Positions 38,130 to 43,373 of a stretch of DNA of 43,373 bases are shown here, piece after piece. This DNA is from Balamuthia mandrillaris (Eukaryota): positions 124,001 through 167,373 of the forward strand of contig JAVKOQ020000109.1 of assembly GCA_031835245.2 (NCBI GenBank), given 5' to 3'. Numbering within the stretch: the first letter of the stretch is position 1; each line of letters begins with the position of its first letter. Below the pieces are notes generated by a model that ran no database searches, was not told where the DNA came from, and was given only the letters and a program-made list of their open reading frames with translations. The translations under genes and the position numbers were made by a program.

Positions 38130-40383
38130 ATGCCACATGCAAAAAGAGTCAAATGCCAACCACCTTATGTTTGTGAACACCTCTACTGTTCACCACAACA
38201 GTATGTTGCACAGGATACCTCCACCCTCAATTGACATGAAAGGCGCAAGGGAGGAGGAGGGCATACATGTAATGCAACTAATTGCACAACCTGCAAGCAA
38301 TGGGAAAATCATCGACTTGGAAAGAAGAACCCAAATGACCTGAGGTTTGAGTGCAGTCACTCTGTTTGTGGCAAACGTTACAAATCAGAAGAGTCAAGAA
38401 GGGAGCATGAAGCAGCAGTTCAACATACCTGCTCACCTGATTCCTGTGCCCATTGTAAGGAGATAGCCACCTGTTGAGAAGAAAAGGGAAAAGAGAAGGA
38501 AAAGCAAGAGCAGGCAAAGGAAGAAGTGAAGAAGCAACGCGAAGAAGAAATAGAGGAAGCCAAGCAAGATATCATGGAGGCGATTGAAAAGAAGGTGACT
38601 TGGGATGTTGAAGGAAATGTGCGAGTAGCTGTAGCAAAAGCAGCAGTGGAAGGAGCGCTTCAAGTTGATGTGGTATTAGGAGTGGCCGCCATTATTCACT
38701 CTTCTCCTGTGATTGAAGGATGGCTACAAGCAAACCTCTCTACATCTACTTATCAACCTTGTGTGACAGACCTTGTTTGGTTGAAGAATGTGTTGCGCAT
38801 ACCTGATTGTTGTTGGGAGTTGGTTGTTCACATGTTCAAGCTATCAAAACAAGCAAGCCTACATCAAGTTCAAAAGAAGCAACGTGAGTTGTTAAGCAAG
38901 AAGGAATTGGTTGCAACAAAAGGTGGGAAAGGAAGTATGTACCAGCCGAAAGAGTTTGTACAGCAACTCTTTTCATCTTCTAAACTTCAAGCAGCAGATC
39001 GACCTGTTTTAAAGCTTGCCTTTGATGGATCTACAGCAGCCAAAAAAACTCATCTACAAATGGAAGTTGGGACGATGGAGTTCATAAGCAAGAAATCCAC
39101 ATTGAAAGTGCTCAAATCATCACACAACTGTCATCCTTGGCTGTTGTATTTAGGAAGCGAAGATGGAGAAACATTAATCAGAGAACTTGGTGATCAACGA
39201 GTAGTGCTCAACAATTGGATAGAAAAGGGTGTGCTACTTACTTCTTCTTCTGGTGAATTGGTGCACCTGTGGCCATACATTGTGGTTGACTTGAAGGCCT
39301 TGGCTGTTTTTAGTGGCATGTATCAATTCTATCGCAGCAACTCTACCTGTCGCTGTTTTTGGTGCAACATCACAAAGCAGCAGTTAGCACGAGGCGAACT
39401 TTCAGCAGAAGAAACTTGCTTTTGTACCTTAGAGGATGTCAAAAATGATTGAAAAGCAGTTATCAACTGGGAAGAGGCAACAAGAAGATCAAAAGCAACA
39501 GATCATCACAGACAGGTTTGTGTTGTTTTTGTTTCTATTTGCTCTTCTGACTTTTGTTGGTGGTCTTGTTTGCTAAAAGGTGCTTGAACCTGTGTTGTTT
39601 TTAAATCCAATACAAGTTATCCCAGATCTTCTTCACCTATTAATGGGTGTAGTTTGCAAACTCATCAATAAGACAATTGAGCTCACAGCAGAACAACCAA
39701 AGTTACAACAACTTTTTGTTGAACAAATGGCTGGGATTGGGATTTACCTTATTCCAGCAGCTTCTGGAGTTGGTTTCAAGAAGAGGATTAAAGACAGCAG
39801 GCTCAACAGACGTGAACATTTAGTCATCCTTGAAAATCACACGTTCATTTTAGCAGACCTTGAGGAAGGCATGCCTAGAAGAGCACCAATTCGAACAACA
39901 CTTCCACAAGTTCGTCAGGCTTGGGCAGCTTTCCATCAAACAGCCTGTTTAGCAATGCAGGAAAAGCTGAGCATCACAGACGAGGAATGGAAGCAAGAGG
40001 CAAAGGTGTTTTTGCAAGCCTTTATTCAGGCATGGAATGGAAAGGATGTTACCACATACATTCATGTGTTTGTTGACCACCTTGGCTACTGGCTGGAGCA
40101 AGAAGGCTCGGTTGAAAAGTTCAACAACTTTGGAATCGAAACCACGCACGCCGATCTCAAGCAGATGATGATGCAGTCAACACAAGGCTTTGCGGGAATC
40201 AATTCCAGTGATTGTTCTCTTCCACAGCAGCTCCTTGAAAGGCAAGCGCTTTGTGCTGAAGCTGCTGCTGCCTCTCCTGTTGTAGCAAAAGTTCAAGGTG
40301 CTACACAAAGAAGTGAAAGGTCATGGGCAGAGAGAAATCTTGAGCATTTTCCTGACCTTCAGAGATATATAAGAAAGCAATAA
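38130..40383 (+). pseudogene. RAG1/Transib-like DDE transposase (~729 codons, one intron 39516-39579) with two N-terminal C2H2+CxxxxCxxC zinc modules; three in-frame TGA stops
   Basis: One frame from ATG 38130. Motifs in order: KLAFDG (D at 39024), S.NCHPWLLYLGSED.ETL, VVDLK (D at 39288), CFWC, IPDLLH, TTYIHVFVDH and GSVEKFNNFGIE (E at 40138). These parallel the RAG1 core D600, D708, CxxC, DALH, YFHK..H and E962 motifs. Stops at 38232, 38475 and 39450. Confidence 0.85.
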
Positions 40384-40800
40384 AAGCAAGCATACCTGTT
40401 CATTAAACTCATGTGGCCACTGCAGTGTGCCATGCGCGTTGAAAACTTGGTAACAAAGGCTGATTTTTGTCCTGAGCCTCTTGAAATCATAGGACACCGT
40501 TACTTCGGGCATGAGCTCTGCAAAGCTGCCATCCTTGAAGTATTTTCTCCTCATGTTTAATGGGAACAGTGAAGCCAGAAACTCTTCCTCCGTCTTGTAG
40601 TGCACGGACTCAGTTGTTCCCCAAACAAAAGCATGAAAGGGTGGAGGTACCACTACTGCAACAACAACTGGAAGCTTTCGTGGCTCTTGAGTCAGGTTCT
40701 TACAAATCTCCTGCCATAGGCAGCTAAACACAAAATAGCTGATATCTTCCTCAGTGACAAACACCCCCGCTCCTTGTCTTTGTTGTTGTTGTTCTTCCAT
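40321..40800 (-). CDS. Small uncharacterised ORF inside the transposon, convergent with and overlapping the transposase 3' end
   Basis: Uninterrupted ORF (ATG 40800, or 40842) with globular-looking composition: VTEEDISYFVFSCLWQEICKNL...RRKYFKDGSFAELMPEVTVSYDFKRLRTKISLCYQVFNAHG. A possible donor AG|GTATGC at 40395 may splice to an exon near 40300-40199. Confidence 0.55.
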   Translation of the reverse strand: MEEQQQQRQGAGVFVTEEDISYFVFSCLWQEICKNLTQEPRKLPVVVAVVVPPPFHAFVWGTTESVHYKTEEEFLASLFPLNMRRKYFKDGSFAELMPEVTVSYDFKRLRTKISLCYQVFNAHGTLQWPHEFNEQVCLLLLLSYISLKVRKMLKISLCP

Positions 40801-42065
40801 TGTCGATTGTGCCTTCCTTTCTTTTTTCCCCCTTTTTATCATTTTTTGGAGTTTTTTTTTTCATTGCTTTGTCTACAACAAATACCAATTTAATGGCAAA
40901 AAAACCAAAAAACCCATATTTGGTGTAGTGCCAGGTCCTGTGGCACCGATTTTTAGAGGAAAAATTCTGCAGTGAGGAATACATTATCTAAGAGGATATA
41001 ATCATAATTTCATCATTGTTGTCATCATTATTTTCCTGTGTCTCTTTCTCTTCATCCAAGATGGATGTTACTCTTGTGGTAGTGATAGTTGCTGTTATAG
41101 GAGGATAAGATGATGAGGAGGAATCTTTGTCATTATCTGGTTTGTCAAAGTCCTCATCACAGCCAACAAGTATTTGGCTTTCAATGCATCAAGATTGTTG
41201 GCAAATTCTGTTAGGAGATTGTGCCATTTGTCATAGCAATTGTTGTTGGTTTGGTGTTGGGTAGGCAAGTGTTTGGCAATCTCCAACCAAGACCATTCAT
41301 CATGTAAGTGTCAAGTGACAAGTCTATGGATTTCAGGTGCCTGCCAAGCAATCTGTTGTTGATGACCATTCTTCTGATATTTGAGTCAACTAGATAACAA
41401 TGTCAGCAATCATGACAAAAAAAACAAACACCACAACAATGACAAGTTTGCAGAGCACTTTGACTAATCCACTAGCTTATTCAAGCCATTGAAAAAGCTT
41501 TGTAGAATGCCAGAGACGAGTTGACAGCAAAGCTGATGATGAATATTCATTCAACGAAGAGGAGATTTGTTTTTTGGGCTCATAAGTTGCAGCTGCTTCA
41601 GATAACACATCGTTATCAAACTTTTCCAGATGATTTTCTACCCAAGCTATACAATATTCATGTTATAAGGAGTGATAAAATCATTGTTGTTGATCTTTGG
41701 TAGGTAAATCTGTTTGTTTCATGGAACTAAAGTGAGTATAAAAGAAGAAAAAGAGAGAAAAATGAGAAAGAAAAAGAGAGTAAGAGAGAAAGAGAGAAAG
41801 AGAAAGAGAAAAAAAACATAGTGTGAATGAATATAAAAAGAAGACAAATGGAAAAACACCAATTATAACTATTGTTATTATGACCATTGATGTAACTATT
41901 GCCACTGCTATTATTGCTGCTGCTACAATGAACCTATCAGTGCCGAGTAAGGATACATTATTATCAAGGCAAGTAAGCATACAAGCAATCCAGCAAAAAA
42001 TCCAACAAGTATCAAGCAAGCAAGCAATGACAATAAATAATAGATATCATGACAAAAAAACAACA

Positions 42066-42300
42066 TGTTGGTAAAATCACCAACACTTATCTCAAGACTC
42101 CTCATGTTGGATCTGTCCCGGACCCTCAGCTCTCCTTTCTTTTGTATCCTCCATCCTTCCCTTCTCCCTTTTCCCTTTTCTCTTGGTGTACTTTGAAGCA
42201 ACATCAGAGATTCACTCCCATTGTCCTTCCTCTATTCTCTTGAATACACTTCTTGTCTCGTCACCGACTCTTTTATTCTTGAGGTTGGATTCAACCAACA
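42066..42300 (+). repeat. Putative 5' LTR
   Basis: Begins TGTTGGTAAAATC and ends GATTCAACCAACA (11/13 inverted match). The 3' LTR is outside the window, so this is unconfirmed. Confidence 0.6.
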
Positions 42301-42352
42301 TTTTTTTTGACTTACATAAGTGATTCAAATCCCCTCTTGCGCTACGCACATC

Positions 42353-43373
42353 ATGGAAGCCTCAGCCGCTCTCGACACCCTCCATGAACAGCTTCGCAAG
42401 GCACAACAGGAGTACCTTCGCATGCTCCAACAATCCTTTCAACTTGAGCTCGACATCCCCAGCTGCCCTGAGACTGAACGTGTTGCCAAAGAAGAAGAAC
42501 AGCGCAAGTTAGACAAAGCCGCAGAACACACTAGAAAGGCCATGGAACAGTTACAACAGCGTATAGACAACTTTGTTGTGTTCCTCGCATCCACCTCGGC
42601 CACACTAGGCAACTCTTCCACATGCAACACTACCGCTGCCGCTGTTTCTCCTCCCTCGCCCATTCCACAGATCTCTCCCATACAGTCACCTTGTTTGAGT
42701 TCACCCTCTCCTGTTGATGTTTCTGTCAACAACACAACTGCTTCCAACAACACACATGTTCCCTCTGTTCCAGAAACACAGAGCAACACAACTACTCCTT
42801 CCCCTCCTACTCAGAAGAAAATGCCTCACCTTCCCTCCGGACTACCTAAGTTCGACGTCAGCAGGCGCCAGGACCCTGCTCTTCACACCATGGAACTGGA
42901 GTATCACCTTAACGCCTACAACTACCCTGAGGACAGATGGACACAAGCCCTCATCACCACCCTTGTTGGAGACGGACGTCTTTGGGCCATTAGCGCTCTA
43001 TGAGACCAACCATGGAACGTCGCTCGAGACCTCTTCCATCGGCACTACCGCCTTCCAGACATCGAGGCCACAACGATAGAGGCCGTCACGTCATTTCGAC
43101 AGAAGCCTGGCGAAAGCGTTCATCAGCTCATTGATCGGTACTCTGTACTCTGTAATCGTCTTCCTGACACCTTCTATGACTACCTCAAAGCCTTTTTCTT
43201 TGGATGAGCCCTTCTTCCCCACATCAAGTCGAAGTACAAGCAACAGACTCTTTGCAACAAGCCACAAGATGTCATTGCTGCTTTCAAGCTCGCAGTCCTC
43301 ATTGAGTCAGAGTTTCCCCAACCTTCTTTGAAAGATAAAGGTCACAGCAAATCACCTCAACGGCAATCACCAT
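42353..43373 (+). pseudogene. gag: Retrotransposon Gag (capsid) ORF with two in-frame TGA stops
   Basis: Coiled-coil N-terminus, P/S/T linker, LPKFD...P......LEYHL.AY.YPEDRW, W...RDLF..HY and the major-homology-like FRQKPGESVHQLIDRY. The frame continues through TGA 43001 and TGA 43205 to the window end. Confidence 0.8.

Larger units (their letters stand above)
37915..40974 (+). mobile_element. Putative Transib/RAG1-like cut-and-paste DNA transposon (~3.06 kb) with CAC...GTG termini
   Basis: CACTGCAG (37915-37922) and CTGCAGTG (40967-40974) are inverted. A shared subterminal motif AGTGCCAG(T/G)TCCTG occurs at 37924-37937 and 40927-40940. The ends enclose a RAG1-like transposase and a convergent ORF. 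No target-site duplication was found, so the boundaries are provisional. Confidence 0.6.
42066..43373 (+). mobile_element. Ty3/Gypsy-type LTR retrotransposon, 5' portion (LTR + gag), truncated by the window end
   Basis: A 235-bp TG...CA LTR candidate is followed about 50 bp later by a gag-like ORF. Confidence 0.7.

Noticed and set aside
40418..40427. Internal palindrome CACTGCAGTG as an alternative right end of the transposon
   Set aside because: It lies within the convergent ORF and lacks the subterminal AGTGCCAG motif shared by the two outer ends. It cannot be fully excluded without other copies.
37905..40985. Target-site duplication flanking the DNA transposon
   Set aside because: The left flank (..TTCTCAT) and right flank (AGGAATA..) share no direct repeat of 2-8 bp, so no TSD can be claimed.
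38232..43207. TGA recoding (selenocysteine, Trp or alternative genetic code) to explain the in-frame TGAs
   Set aside because: Host genes in the window use TGA as a true stop (Mpv17, LSG1, TTYH), and the contexts fit CGA to TGA decay better.

Overview
This is a 43.4-kb piece of a compact, intron-rich eukaryotic genome. Short GT-AG introns, CT/GA microsatellites and receptor tyrosine-kinase-like genes suggest a free-living amoeba such as Acanthamoeba or Balamuthia; the taxon is an inference. From left to right it holds: the 5' end of a secreted PSI-domain gene (-); a 1.9-kb intergenic stretch with possible H/ACA-like hairpins; an Mpv17/PMP22 gene; LSG1; a ~2,100-aa uncharacterised helical protein whose gene needs two GC-AG introns; a fully intronless PRP8; a Tweety/TTYH gene with an enlarged first extracellular loop (-); and two tandem Kelch / Cys-rich / Calx-beta / TM / non-RD tyrosine-kinase-like receptor genes with divergent ectodomains and near-identical kinases. 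The right end is transposon territory. A ~3.06-kb element bounded by CACTGCAG...CTGCAGTG carries a decayed RAG1/Transib-like DDE transposase with N-terminal zinc fingers and a small convergent partner ORF. It is followed by the 5' LTR and gag of a Ty3/Gypsy-type retroelement that lacks a canonical tRNA primer-binding site. All five premature stops seen in the two elements are TGA, consistent with CpG decay. The RAG1-like two-gene element is the best candidate for an undescribed system.
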